A program made the position numbers and the translations under genes. The notes below the pieces were generated by a model that had not been told where the DNA came from, searched no databases, and saw only the letters and a program-made list of their open reading frames with translations. Shown here piece by piece: positions 11,300 to 24,900 of a stretch of DNA of 63,645 bases. The stretch's first letter is position 1; each line of letters begins with the position of its first letter. The DNA comes from Negaprion brevirostris (taxonomy: Eukaryota): positions 10,131,673-10,195,317 of the forward strand of contig JARDVH010000121.1 of assembly GCA_030324005.1 (NCBI GenBank), in the 5' to 3' direction.

Positions 11300-13350
11300 C
11301 ATGATTGAGTATGATGCTTCAGAAAATTCATTTGTAGAATAACACCTCAGATGAGTTCCACTAAGCTTCCTGGAGGTCCGTGCTGTGGACAGCAGGATTC
11401 AGAGTAGTGTGGGCAAGATGTTTCTTGAATTTCTCCACAGGCCCCATTGCCCTCAATTTTGGCGAGTGTTTTCAGATACGATGATTTCAGTTAATCCAAA
11501 TGTGTGCCTTTCGTAAAAAGCAAAGAAAAAACGTTGTCTGTGTCCTTGATCTGGTGAAGAGAGGAGAATGCATACTTTTGGTTGTTTAGCAAGATATAAA
11601 ATATCATTGGCTAAGTTTGACAATGGAACAGTTTGGATTTAATGTGGGAACAGCAGTGCTCAATCCTGTTGGCATCTGGCAATATTGCCTAGCTGTGGCA
11701 ATATGCTGCTGCCCTTGTCAAAAACCCACAAGACTCTCTGACATGGTCATATTCCACCGTGTACATAGATAAGCATGGTCTGACGTATTGCCTAAGTGGT
11801 CAGGACTTCCTCGGATTTCAGATTTTAATGTTAATTGAACATGCCCATTTCTTCTTTCTGTCACGATAACAACTGGGCAGTTTCGTGAACATCCTTTAGG
11901 TGATCGGGCAAACCAATAGTTTGAATTTCTTTCAGTTGTGGTACGGGCAAATCTTCTTGTCAGGTTGGCTAATGTTTATTATTATTATTTTATTTCCTCC
12001 TTATAATGTCCAAAATCGACAACGTCTACATGGACTTGACCTTTCACTTGGAAATGTATTTTGACCACTTGCAAGTCGAGGGTGACTTCGTCGCTGTCGG
12101 TATCCGAGTCAGAACGTCAGAGGTGACAAATTTAATGAAATTTTGAAAGAGTTTATCAGGATCATGACTTAATCGGGAAGAATAGACGCTGGATCCAAGA
12201 TACGGAGAGTTTGGTTATACTTCTCCAAACGTTTTTGATCTTTGTAAGTCATGAAACACAATCCCCTCAGGTTCGGATTTGAAACGTTAATGCAAAACAT
12301 TAATGCAACGGTTTCGTTTTCATTGTTAACGTAAATGGTTCGTGCAGAATTTATAACACCTGAGGGAAAAGCTACCAGCTCAACGACCGTTAGCAAGAAT
12401 TGATACATTTCTGTGATGCCTTCACCGTGGTGGGAAACAGTGTTCTTGGATGGGTCAATGGTTTGCAAGACACAGAGGCTCGCGAACGTTGGAAAATGTG
12501 CTGGAGATCTTCCTCCCACAAGTAGAGCATATTCTCTTGAGGATGTACCAGAACTTGGAAACTTCAGCTGAACATCATATGTTGTATGGAGATAGAGTGT
12601 TAATGGTTCGTAAATTGCCTTGGAGGTCGTCTGTATAAAGGGTCGGCAACTTATGTGCATCGTGCACGTTAGTTGAATCCGGCTAAATGCCTCAAACCGT
12701 GTAAATGGACCTAAACAATTATACCTTCCTCGCATTGCATAGGAACTTGGCACTATTGATAACATGNNNNNNNNNNCTACTACCCACCAGAAAGGCCATG
12801 GGCAGTTTGCTTGTATGCTTTGTATCCATTTTCGTAACACACGTAGTGGCTGTCACAATGCGGCCAATAGTGGCTATGCCTTTCATTATGTGTTTCCAGT
12901 GTTCCTAAAACAAATCTCGATGTATCGAGCGCTGAAAATGCTGCAGAGCAAACAAGCCTATCCACGCGGCATGTGAACATGATGCTGCCAGACGTGCAGT
13001 AATTTTCCAGCATTTTCTCTTTTGATTTCAGATTCCAGCTCCACAGTAAATTGTTTTCATCTCCTTTGGCTGAGGTTCCCATAAATGCCTGAAGTATTTT
13101 GCCTGCAGACTGTCCTGCCCTTCAAGAGCCTCAAATATATTTGAATAACTGGAAATTCGATTGCTGACGTTGCTGTCATAGTGTTTTTCTCTCTTCTGTC
13201 TTTGCCAACTTCAGGAATTCCCTCCGCCGTTCTGAGATGATTGGAAGTGACGACTGCTGGCAGACATGTTCTGCTGCCTTACGCATTGCTGCCACCAAAC
13301 ATGTTCGTCTTCTCTCTGGACCACATGGGAAATATGGCTGTCATATCTTT
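11300..13350 (-). pseudogene. Decayed trypsin-like (Trypsin_2/FAM111-type) serine protease gene, possibly fused to a STAND NTPase
   Basis: Minus strand, in order: KGIATIGRIV (about 12885-12855), AFLVGS [10-N gap] HVINS (cf. GFLV..ILTNxHVI), ALLVG, ELVAFPSG (cf. ELVALHSG), NETVAL (cf. NEGV). Downstream, S*QKEEM (11866-11846) and IYVHGG (11770-11753) are in one frame and resemble the GRExE..hhhxGxGGxGK entry to NB-ARC domains. Confidence 0.5.
12978..13062. mobile_element. Short Penelope-type terminal fragment inserted in the protease remnant
   Basis: GATGCTGCCAGAC..TTTTCCAGCATTTTCTCTTTTGATTTCAGATTCCAGC resembles a common elasmobranch Penelope end. Confidence 0.5.
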
Positions 13351-13912
13351 CAAAGGAAGATATCGAGAATGACTCAGGTTTTTGTGAAACATAATGACCT
13401 AAAGTTACATGTCAACGATGATAATATACAGTTTGGAGCAACCTTTGATTTAATCGTGAAAATGACAGTGACAGAGGGTTAAACAGCGGGCACGGGCAAA
13501 ATTACTTGACTACTGGTCTGACACAAAAGGATTAGAAGAATCCTTACTGACACCGAGGCCGTGGAGTGAAAATCTGCAACGCAGGTAGTAATAATCGTTC
13601 ATCATGAGTTCAATGACTTGTACCGCAACTTTAAAACGAGCATAAACTTGCAGTTCTTCAAGCAAAAATGTAGTTGTCTGCGTTGGCGTGCATGCAATAT
13701 CACAGTAGGGTGGATAGTGAATATGTTAAAGTCGTATCAACTTAATTTATTTTTTTTTCCTTCATGTCGTACTTTTCACCCTTACGTGCTGATATACAGT
13801 TGGCCTGATAAATCTACAAACATACATTATTATAAGCTGCTACTATAAGGAGGACGAATGCTTCACGTATGTATATTATAAAATCTGCTTGAGCCTCACA
13901 TTGGAATCTTTC

Positions 13913-14216
13913 GGGAACGGCACACTTGCTTTGTGGTTGGCACTTCTGGCTTAAACCGCCAGGCATCTGAATTCGATTCCCGATTTGGGTCACTGTTCGT
14001 CTGGAGTTTGCACTTGCTTTTCGTACCTGTGTGGGTACCCTCTGGACGCTACGGATTATTCCCACAGTCTGAAAGGCGGCTGGTTAGACACATTGAGCAT
14101 GCTAAGTTCTCCCTCAATGTACCTGTGGGCGCGGGAATATAGCGAATGGAAGATTTTCAAAGTAGTTTCATTGCAGACGTAATGTCAGCCTACTTGTTAG
14201 GTTAAGAAATAAATAA
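13913..14216 (+). mobile_element. V-type SINE with alternative tail
   Basis: tRNA-like head (TTCGATTCCCG), GGGTCACTG..GGAGTTTGCAC core, tail TTCATTGCAG..AATAAATAAA; same type as 31592-31866. Confidence 0.75.
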
Positions 14217-14855
14217 ACTCATTAGTTCAATTAATGAAGCACATTTTCTAATACCGTATACTGTCGGTGTAAATGGACTCGCTGGTAAACAGTGCGTTCT
14301 GATGATAATACAGAGAACGTCCAGTCAGTTAAAAAAAAGTAGCTGTTTATTTTCTCCGTCACCATTTGAAACACCAGCTTACTATGTGACCGCCAAATCT
14401 TGTGCTCTTTAGATCAATGGAAGATTTTGTAAGATGTATCACGAAATAACAGTTAAAATAAATTAAAATTGTTCGGGGGGAATTTACGGCCTCGGTGCAT
14501 CCCAGGCCAGGAATTACGGCCCTAGCTCAACGGACCTTCCCATTGCCCACTCCTCGCTCACTGCTCTTCCAATGGCGAGGTAAGGAGTGGCGGGGGCCGC
14601 GGGGGAGGGGAGGAGTGTTCGTGCAGCATAATTCTGGCGAATGTGCAATTAACATTTCATATTGTAACTTAGGTTGAGACTTTACTCCTTTGCAGAGCTG
14701 GCCAGTTGCCAGAAAACACTTTTTGAACTAGGTGAGTAATTGCCCACTTACAAGCTACAACATTTGCTGGCGACAAAGACTATTCGGTAATTAAGTGAAT
14801 TTGAACTATATAATTAGACAGTTTGTCATATGCAAATCATTTGAACATTTGATCA

Positions 14856-17800
14856 ATGCCAAAACGAAAATTGGAAGTTGAAATGTCCAAACAATGTGTC
14901 CTTGCTGATATCTACATGCCCATGTTGGTACTACTGCCCGACAGCGCCACAGATTCTCCAGATGATTTGGTTCTTTGTGATGCATTTGCCGGCAACCAAG
15001 AAAATTTGGTGCGTTCCGATTTGCAGGTAAGGTGGAATGGTGATACAAACCTTGAATAGGCTTCGCCCTCTGCATCTTCTCAGTTTGGCTTAAAACGTTT
15101 GAAAAATGCACGTTGAATATTCTCGAAGTGTTGCCAACATTTATCATGCAATGATCAAAACATTATTGTCATTGTCTGATTGTTACTTGAGAGCTTGCTT
15201 CACAACAATAGGGCACAACATTACGTAAAATAATGATTAGACTTTAAATGTCTTGAATGTTAGACACTGTGTGGTTGCATTTTACAATGAGAGGTGCCAT
15301 CGAATTCAAGGGCCCATGAAAAATAATAATCATATCTTCTATTTGAACAAAATCAATTATTTCATATTTTCTGTTTGAAAACAGCTTTCAAAACGAAATT
15401 GTTTCATTTATTTGTCACCTATGAATCTATTTTTCTCTCTCTCCGGCAGAAGAAAAGCTAAAGTCCAAAGAGAAAGGTATTTTCTTGAACAGGTTGTTAC
15501 TTTCCGAGATGTGCGACCAATTTCATCATTCCATCGTACTCACAACAGGCCCGAGAATGATTTTGCATATGGAATTATCAATATTTTGAGTTTAATCCAC
15601 ACTGCTGTTAAGAACATATCCCAGGATATCGGCCCAGCAATAGGTTAGCAGCAAAACCAGTTCTATATCCGAATATCAGAGTGAGTTGCAGTGGACTACA
15701 CAAATGTAGGTGTTCCCCGATATCTGTTGTCTTTTCGATCCAGGTGGTAATGGTAGGGATTGGAAGATGCTGCCAACACAACTTTGGGATTTCCTGTCGT
15801 GCCTTTGTAGAGGATGCATACGGCTGCCTTTTGATATGTGCGAGAGATTGATATTTGTGTAAGTTGTAACATTCAAGCAGGTTGTTTCGTACTGGATGAT
15901 TTTTTTTTCTTGCCTAATTTATACACAACTTATTTTTGAAAATTCCGCCATTTACAGACGGGTTTCAACCCTCACTTTTAAAATCACATTTCTCGACTGT
16001 AGATAGGGTTTGGGTAATCAGCTGGTGAATTAACTGTGGTAGTTTACCCAGCCTTTGCCCCGATCAGAAAGCCAACCTCTCTGTATGTCTAGTAAAGTTC
16101 AACACCTGGTCAAAAGTTATACCCAGTATTGTGGTAGCGTGAAATCCAGCGGAGGAAATGTCAAAACACGCCAAAAGGGTACATTAAGTCAACTCTGGCT
16201 GTAAATCTTCATTGACTGGACAGAACTGGAGCGCGAATTGAGCTTGCCACCACTCAGCTCAGACTGGATAGAACATAGAACATAGAACATAGAACATTAC
16301 AGCGCAGAACAGGCCCTTCGGCCCACGATGTTGCGCCAACCAGTNNNNNNNNNNNNNNNNNNNNNNNNNNNNNNNNNNNNNNNNNNNNNNNNNNNNNNNN
16401 NNNNNNNNNNNNNNNNNNNNNNNNNNNNNNNNNNNNNNNNNNNNNNNNNNNNNNNNNNNNNNNNNNNNNNNNNNNNNNNNNNNNNNNNNNNNNNNNNNNN
16501 NNNNNNNNNNNNNNNNNNNNNNNNNNNNNNNNNNNNNNNNNNNNNNNNNNNNNNNNNNNNNNNNNNNNNNNNNNNNNNNNNNNNNNNNNNNNNNNNNNNN
16601 NNNNNNNNNNNNNNNNNNNNNNNNNNNNNNNNNNNNNNNNNNNNNNNNNNNNNNNNNNNNNNNNNNNNNNNNNNNNNNNNNNNNNNNNNNNNNNNNNNNN
16701 NNNNNNNNNNNNNNNNNNNNNNNNNNNNNNNNNNNNNNNNNNNNNNNNNNNNNNNNNNNNNNNNNNNNNNNNNNNNNNNNNNNNNNNNNNNNNNNNNNNN
16801 NNNNNNNNNNNNNNNNNNNNNNNNNNNNNNNNNNNNNNNNNNNNNNNNNNNNNNNNNNNNNNNNNNNNNNNNNNNNNNNNNNNNNNGAATGATCCTCCCG
16901 CCCCCCGCGCCACCCCCTCCCCACCCCCCCATTCCCCCTTCCCCTCCCCTCCGCCTTTCCGTCCCGCCACTCTCCAGTTCGAATTCAGTGCATGAATTCT
17001 GGGGTTCATGACATGAAGAAAGGATCAAATGCTGCCCAAATATCGTGGCATAACACTCTCGCTTCACCTTGTATTCAGTATTCAACTTGTTTGTACATGT
17101 TTAACCAGAGGCTTGAATGGTGCCGGTACTGGGCGGTCGTAGACAAAACCAAACTCAGCGTCACAGAGCAGGTTATTACTGATTAAACTTCCGTCATAGC
17201 CCTGCTGTTAACCGTTCGCATCAATTTATTGACAGTCGCCAGTAGACGGATGTTTCAGTAATTCAGAGGCGTGAATTGTGTCCTGTCTCGTGTGTATAGG
17301 ACAAGCCTGTGCGAGTTTCCATCTTTCCGGATTGATGCCAATATCGTACCTGTCCTAAAACAACTTGGATTGGGCCGCCTACAATTCTTCAGTACTGCTG
17401 CTGGGATTCGTCAAAACCCTTAATGGTTCAAGTATCTCTTGTTTCATTGGACGTTTTGTTTTGCAGTCACATAGAATAAATCAAAAATGTCTGAAATCTA
17501 GCATTTGTGATTCCGCGGACGAAAAGATCAATTATAGACTCTGAATTTTCTTGCTGAAAATTTCTCCGAATGCATCACCCTGAACTTTTTACATGAAATG
17601 CTGAACACCTCCATTAAGCAACACCCGCAAATTTGTACAAATGGCTCCTCAATAGTTGTTTCTGTATTTAACACCATTGATAGCTAGCTGCGGGAGGACT
17701 GCAAAGCTTAGGTCTGTTCTATTGTTTGTGGTATTGCTCAGTTGGGTATCGTAATGACTACTTATGCTTTTATCGCTATTTCTTGCGGTTTCACTTAGTT

Positions 17801-20520
17801 AACGCATCGTTTTCACTTATGTCTCGTGTTGTCCTTGACATCCCCTTGATTTTCTTTTATATTTAGATTGGCAATGTCAACCACACCAGCCACTTTCAGG
17901 TAGGATGACGTCACAGCCTTTTTGTTTTCTGCCTAATTGTTTCNNNNNNNNNNACTGACAAGCCACTCATTTTAACGTATAATAAAGTTTGTGCCCCCCT
18001 CCCCCGCCCCCCTCGCGTATATTCCGTGCTGATGCCACCTTCAGTCCCTCCCCCACGTGCTGCTCAAAATGTAAGAGTGCTGATTTACCAGCGGGAATTG
18101 GATGCTAAGTCATAATAAGCAGAAGGTTATTTTGAGCTTTCTTGACCAATTGTCATGCAAGTTCCTGGAATCTAGAGTCGGTGTCCAAGACTCCAGATGC
18201 TCATTCAGCCCACTGCAGACCACTGTGTAATCAAATCTGCTGGTTAGGTCCTCTCCTTCGTGGGGCAGGGCATAATAAATAAAGACAATTGTGACGTTTG
18301 TGTAATTACATGTGAAGTGCGATTTACCGAACATTTCTATGTGAAGCTGTCCCTTTACCAGAACGTCACATGGTTCTCCGAATTTTGTCACAAAACTCAA
18401 ATGTCAATAGGGTGAAATATTTACGGCAGAGCTGAATGGGCGGTTGCCAACGGTAATCCTTCCTCTGAACATATTTAGGGCCAACAATAGCAGGTAAAAT
18501 ATAACTTTCTTTTCAAGTGTCTTTGCCTCTTCGTCAGCACTAAATGAAGAAAAAACGCGTTAGATACTTAATAAAGCAGGACAGATATACAGTGAGCGAT
18601 TTATGCGAGCTGGGAGAATTGCACCAAAGATCCATCAAACTGAAAGAACCAGAAAAAAGTGACTGGTATTTCTGAGGGTTATTTCACTGGAACATAAAAT
18701 GCGTGGGTTTGTAAAAAAAAGTTAAGCCGTGCATCACAGTTCAAAATTTCACTTGTTGAGTTCCGAGAGCTGAAAATGGCGAACTGAAACAAGAGCTAAT
18801 ACTCCTTTATTTTGCATCTGGGTTCATTGAGGCAATGCTGCAAGCCAAGTATGACAACAAGCGACAATATAGTTGGGCTCATTCTTTCTAGCTGAGTAAC
18901 GCTTGTCAACAAAGCATGTAATCTCTGTTAACTCTAATTAGTGCACAGCATTTAAAAAAATGTCGGGTGCAGCGAATACAATAGCCGAATTCTAGAAGAT
19001 ACACCTGAAACGCGACTTAACCGGAAAATTGTTTTTGCTGCTTCTCATGGCGAGGATGGAAGATTTAAAAGGGATCAATGTGGCACATTACATGCTTGAT
19101 AAGTGCATTATCCTCATATAGCGATAATGAACTGGGTCGCGTGGAAGGCTGCATCTATATTTCATGACAATATAAATTGAAACCTTCTGAGGATTCATGC
19201 CCATCTTATATTCGGTGATATTGAACTGTTTGATATGACAGCAAGGCTAAAAACACGGGATTCAAAATCGCTAATGCTAAAAGAAGGGAACGAGTGATCG
19301 AAGAGGATTCTGGCCATCCGAGTTGAAGACGACAGTTATAACAATAGGGTAACAGCAGGGAGCAATTCAGAACTTAATCCTAAATATATCTTATAACCAT
19401 TGACAAATATGAGTCGGTGCTGGAGACCCTGGTTTTAACTTTTTCACCGCTGTCAGTGAACAATGATGAAATGATAGTCAGTCGCCCATTAATTGTTTGA
19501 CATTAGTTGTGAAAGTAAATCTTACTTTTGCTATTAGTATTTGTGGATATTTTGTTAGTCCGTGAAACTGCAAGAGAGGAACTAAGGATTAAAATGTAGT
19601 GTAGCAGCATTGGCTCGTATCTATGATACAAAGGGGGAAATCAATTAGATTTCCTGTAATAGTTCGTGGACATTCAAGTGGAGTGTAAACTTTAGAACCG
19701 TCTCGGTCAAACAAATTCAAATTTATGGCTCGAAATGTGATGCAATCCATTGCAATTCAGAGGCAACCTGGGTAGCTTGATTCAGAATATTCCTACTTCT
19801 TTTTATGTTCATTCCATCCATTAAAAAAATATACAATTAATCCAATTCGTGGTACCTATGACAGAGTCAAACAAGAGTAAACAGACAACAAGAGTCATTG
19901 AACCCATTTCTGACGTGACCTGACAGACATGGTCCAATACAACAAGATAATGCACCAGAACTCATGTCGGGCTTGACCTGACGCTTTCTCTTAAATAAAA
20001 GACCGGCAGGGCTTTGAAAAATTGCATCAGACGAGCCACCCGTTAAAGGCCATTGATGGTTGACTCTGCCCTAGTTAAGGAAATCAAGCTGCCTGGATAT
20101 TCAGGATATCAATGAGGCTAAGGGAAATCATGGCTCGATCAACAACTGCCTTGTCATTTAGAAACATGATTATTGTAATACGAGAGTCAAGTAATGTATA
20201 TCGATTCATTTGAATATACTTCCAATATTTTAGATTCCGGCCAGTGATGGACCAGAGTTTTGACAATTTGACTTGCAGCTCTTATTTTCTTAAATGATGC
20301 ATTGTGTTGCTCCACTCTTCCATGTGCCTAATATGGCTATAATTTTGCACGTCGAAACTTGGAGGGAATATATATGATTTTGTTTTGAATTCGATGACCT
20401 ACAGATCAGTTGCAGTGAATAAGACAGAAATGGTACCACGAAAATTCTCAACTTTTCACTATGATTGCTTAAAATATATTTCTATTGTTGGAGAGAACGT
20501 AGGCCAGATTCTCTGTTTAA
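14856..20520 (+). pseudogene. Decayed TTC22-like TPR gene with two C-terminal TIR-like domains, split by LINE insertions
   Basis: Candidate exon 1 from ATG 14856 to a CAG|GTAAGG donor near 15026; acceptor near 15449, then RRKAKVQRERYFLEQ..YGIINILSLIH (cf. TTC22 RDLKLQREGLRQE..AVRHLLG); helical TPR-like frame 18560-19300; TIR-like 1 LWIF..KLQERN*GLKCSVA..NSSWTFKWSVNF (19538-19693, one frame); TIR-like 2 VMDQSF..SSYFL..DALCC..VPRKFSTFHY (20244-20462). Confidence 0.5.
15670..18400 (-). mobile_element. Old degenerate LINE remnants (CR1/L2/RTE-class) with a nested younger CR1 3' end
   Basis: Decayed shark LINE-like sequence at 15690-16260 and 16990-18400; a CR1 tail (TAGAACA)x4 plus CAGGCCCTTCGGCCCACGATG at 16269-16344 runs into the gap. 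Confidence 0.5.
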
Positions 20521-20619
20521 TCTGTTGCATCTTGCCAGTGGCATTTAACAACTATCTCTAAATGTTATATATCTACTTTTGGAAGACATCCGGATTTCAT
20601 CCTGGGATCATAATCCCTT

Positions 20620-21227
20620 AACATCTCATTCTATGCCCGACATTATGACGCCCTACATCACCACCGCATGATACATCTGTTAAGATCTAAATTGGTCATC
20701 ACCGAAGCTCAACGGTGTTAAATGTTTTTTTTTTCCCTTCCTATGGGTCAGCAAAGACAGCAAAGGAGCTGATCAATAGAGCATCAGCTCTCGAGAAATC
20801 AGCTAATGATACTGCGGATGAATTAGAGGATGTAAGCCCCTCTATCTTCGAAGTTTCAGCTGAAGTCGTAGATATACGGATGGTGGCACTCCAAAACCGG
20901 ATGTCTTTATATTACTTGTTGGCAGCAACAGGAGTTGCTTGTGCTGTAATATGCTTTGAGTGTTGTACATACATTCCAGACTCCTCCGACAATATCACTG
21001 ATTTAGCTGAGTTTATTAAAAAGGCGGCTGGCAAAATTAGGGCTGAAAGACAACAATTTAATAACTACAATCCTCCTGGCTGGTGGCCTTTTGGTAACCT
21101 CTTTGGAGACTGGAGAGGGGTGCTGATGCACATGGGAGCCATTATCCTGGTAGTTTACTTACTGCTAGGCTTGTCTAAGGGTGCCTGCCAATGCCTAGCA
21201 TATCATAGAGCACAAAGTCCCTCCTAA
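20620..21227 (+). pseudogene. env: Endogenous retrovirus env, transmembrane subunit (gamma-type)
   Basis: ORF 20715-21227 has the immunosuppressive domain LQNRMSLYYLLAA, CX6CC (CAVICFECC), TYIPD and a hydrophobic TM anchor. A decayed furin-like site RSKL near 20683 is one frameshift upstream; SU is largely missing. Confidence 0.9.
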
Positions 21228-21265
21228 AGTGGTTAATGTTATCATGGAATGAAAAAAGGAGGGAA

Positions 21266-21991
21266 TGAAATATAAGGGGTTAGCATCCCATGAACCTCCT
21301 GTGATCTTGGCCATTTGTAAAAAACAAATTTTTGCAAGCTGAAATCCTGCAAAATTGCCAATGCAGCTGATTGCTTTAAAACAACGTGAAAAGTCTCCAT
21401 TAGCTAAAAGCTGTATTTAACGGCATCTTGTTTGAAACAATCTGCGCTGTTACTCCCGATTCTGAATTGTCACCCTGGCCTTGTAAATAACGAAATATTC
21501 CGAAACTTTTGCTTTATTAAATCAGTCTAGGCTGGACTTGGCTCAATGATGTCCTTGTTTGAAGAAGATAACATTCATTTTATGGCAAAGTAACGTCCCA
21601 AGGTATCTATGAGAACGGATGCTATCTCACACTGGAGCAATGGTGGACGTGCAGCTTCGATGACAACCGGGGGTGGATTTTCGACATATTTTTACTCACG
21701 TACTGTATTTGTACTTACTTTTGCACGCGAATCTGGGTAAAGTTATACTGTGTTGCGTGACTAATTGTTGTAAGAAGAGTACAAAGGGGGAGAACCCCCC
21801 CGTTCGAGGGAGAATCGTTCAGCTAAACTCAGAAAACAGTTCTGAGTTAGTAAACTCGGTAAAGCGTTAGTAAAGCGATTCTTCAAGTGAGCTTGTACTT
21901 GCTTGAGAATAACGGTCCGGGCGTCCTTACACAGATCAGTGTCTTGTTCTTGCATCAAGTACGTAAGGGTCTCTGAAAAACGAACCTGACA
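21266..21991 (+). mobile_element. ERV 3' LTR
   Basis: Polypurine tract AAAAAAGGAGGGAA (21252-21265) directly followed by TG at 21266; the right end is placed at ..GAACCTGACA and is approximate. Confidence 0.7.
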
Positions 21992-21999
21992 ATCCGAAG

Positions 22000-24900
22000 G
22001 GAAGTCCGCATTATATAAATTACAAATTTGCTTCACAACACCTGATTTATTTTGGGGAGAGCCAAATAAGCACCTGCAATATATGGAATGACTGAGGAGT
22101 CTCAGTTTATTAACTGTGCATGAAATGTGCCGCATTTCAATAATAAGCACAGTGTGCGATTTGATACTCAAGTATAAAATTACTGTTAATCATTTCATGA
22201 ATTCACTGATACTGCACTAGTTTGTCACCAATAGCATAGCCAAAGACAAAAGGATTGCGAGAGACAAACGATTATATGAATGGGTAGTGATGCGTTCGAT
22301 GGCAGGACAGACATTTCGGGGCGATTCTCCCAAAAGTGGTGAATTGGCGAGAAAACTGGTCTAGATCACGATGTTTCACCAGTGCAACTTCCAACCCAAA
22401 TCTCCCCAATCTCGGCAATGCAGCAATCACAATCGTGGATATCTTTTTTTTAAAAAGGGGGCTGTTATCGCCAGAGCCGAAAGCTCGAAAACTCTGCGCG
22501 TGCGCAGTGATATGGTAGTCTCCCCGTTTCCTGGTCTGCTCGATCGCTGGCCAACCCGCGACCCCCGCAATCCTGCCTCTCCAGCCCCACCCCACCACAT
22601 CCCCTATGTTCAGATCGCGCCCTCCACAACAATTCCAGGGTCAGCCCGGTTCTGCCTAACACCGTGGCCAGCCAACGCACCCAGCACTGGCGATTCACCA
22701 CCCTCCTCACCCCGGGAGGTCTGCCTCCTCCCCTGTCCTTGCCCCCACCTCTGACCCCGCCGCCCCCCCCCCCACCCCCGGGACGGGGAACCACTCCTCG
22801 GAGGCAAACCCCCGACGAGACGCAGATTCTCAGGGAGACACATACCCCCAGCAGACCACTTAACCGTTCCAGCCCGCCCCGATCGTTGACCTCCCTCCAG
22901 CCAGAGAGACCCAAAGCAGGAAGCGGAACTCACCAATCGCCCCCTCCCTCCCGCGTATAATAGNNNNNNNNNNNNNNNNNNNNNNNNNNNNNNNNNNNNN
23001 NNNNNNNNNNNNNNNNNNNNNNNNNNNNNNNNNNNNNNNNNNNNNNNNNNNNNNNNNNNNNNNTTTCAGTATGTCATTTGCGACCTGAAATTGCCTTTGG
23101 GATTTGGCTTTGAGACTTGGCTCATTCACCTCCACATTGTATGACTAAACATTAATTTATTCATTAAGATGCGTTGTTCCTGCAACATGAAAACTATTGA
23201 GCTTTTCCACTAAATCTTGGAGAAATCAACCTCGAGAAAACGGTTATTGGTAAAGTACAATATCGATACCTTGCTTCCGAATTGGAAAATCTCTCGTCCA
23301 TTGTTTTGGCTGCATTTAAACTGAACACATCTGGTGTCAACTGATACAATCACACGAAAACTCAATTCTGTACTGCTTGTTTAGTGGTGCCATGCTCTAC
23401 GTGAGAAGGTTCAATGGAACATTAAGCTGACATAGCCAGTTACAGTAGGGTAGAATTGCAGCATATTTGCCAGTTCAATATTTGCGAAAATATATCAAAT
23501 GATGACAGCACTCAGGAATGACCAGGAGTGTTATAAACGGAGGAAAAAAAAAGATAAAGTTTTTTCTTGTTTTTATTTGCCTCAATATGACTTGTGAATA
23601 ATATCATTCAAACAAGACGTTTTTCGCATATCTACTTTCGCTTCCAGGGAATGACGCATGGAAATTTGTTGTTACCAACAGAGCATGTGTAATTGAAACT
23701 CAAACTCTAAACAAGGACTGGGTATTTCCTCAGNNNNNNNNNNNNNNNNACTGAAACTCCTACACTGAGTTGTTTTAGATATCACAGTTAAGCAGGCTAC
23801 ATACAAGGAACATTAAAGTTGTGACATCAGTATTTGCAACAAACTTTCAGTACTTCATTGAAATTGTTAGCATAAGAATATTTTCGTATGTTTCTTTTTG
23901 CTTTTCTTTAGACCCCGCCCAGAAGGCGAAAGAATCAGGTTTGCAAAAGGATAAGTTCCATTCAAAACGATTATTTTTGCGTATGGTATTCAAAGAGTTA
24001 TGCAATAGAAATAAGATAGTTAAACCATCCATTGTGCAGCATTTTCATGTCACTCTTATCTTCAGCTGGCGGAAAACATGTGCAAGACCATGTAATATAG
24101 GGTTGAAAAGAAAATTCAATAAACGCATTTGCCCGACATGTTTTGTGTGAGGCTACGTTTCAGACGGAATGCTTGACGTTGGGTTTGGATGTGTGTGGTA
24201 GTGGCCAGAAATGATCTCTGGAAATAGCCATGAGACGAACACCTGACATTTGAAATTTCATTCCTCTCTCAACATTCAGTCTTCTGAGTGTTAAGGAAAA
24301 CATCCCCAACCTATGACCCCTCTTCTAATAGCTACGCTACCTAACCCAGCATCATTATTCTAAACTCATTTGCACTCTCACCAGAGCAACTAGCTTCTTG
24401 ATATAATATGGTGACTCAAAACTGCACTCAATACTCCATTTGTGTCCTCACCAGCGTTCCATATAATTCCAAATTGGCGATTTTATTTTCATATTCTAAA
24501 AGCCTAACATTTCCCTGTCTTCTTTGTGAAGATATCTACATGAATTTTCTTTAGCCTCTCTGAACATACACTTACCCTGACAATGCTGCATCAGAACAGC
24601 CATCTAATTCCATGCTCCAAATAGAAATTCTCAAAGTTCTATCATCAATGTAATATGAGGTTGGTAAGAGGAAAATACTTAATGGTTTAGTAAAGATGTT
24701 TAAACCGTTACTCATTAAAATATTGAAAAGATTGCCAGCATTAGGTAAATGACTTCCAAACACATATATAACCCAATATTAAAGAAATGTACACACATCT
24801 GAAATTCAGTTAAAGATTTAATCACGTCATTATGAAATTAAAAAAAAACATGCTGGCATTCTGCAGGTATTCTTGTATTCTAAGAATCGTTGATCCATTT

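Noticed and set aside
12169-12640. ZU5/PIDD-like reading of the 223-aa ORF
   Set aside because: Superficial resemblance only; the upstream IGRI, AFLVG and HVI motifs and ELVAxxSG fit a trypsin-like fold better.
22272-22960. Overlapping Pro/Gly-rich ORFs, possible CpG-island promoter
   Set aside because: Explained by a GC-rich repeat with few stop codons.
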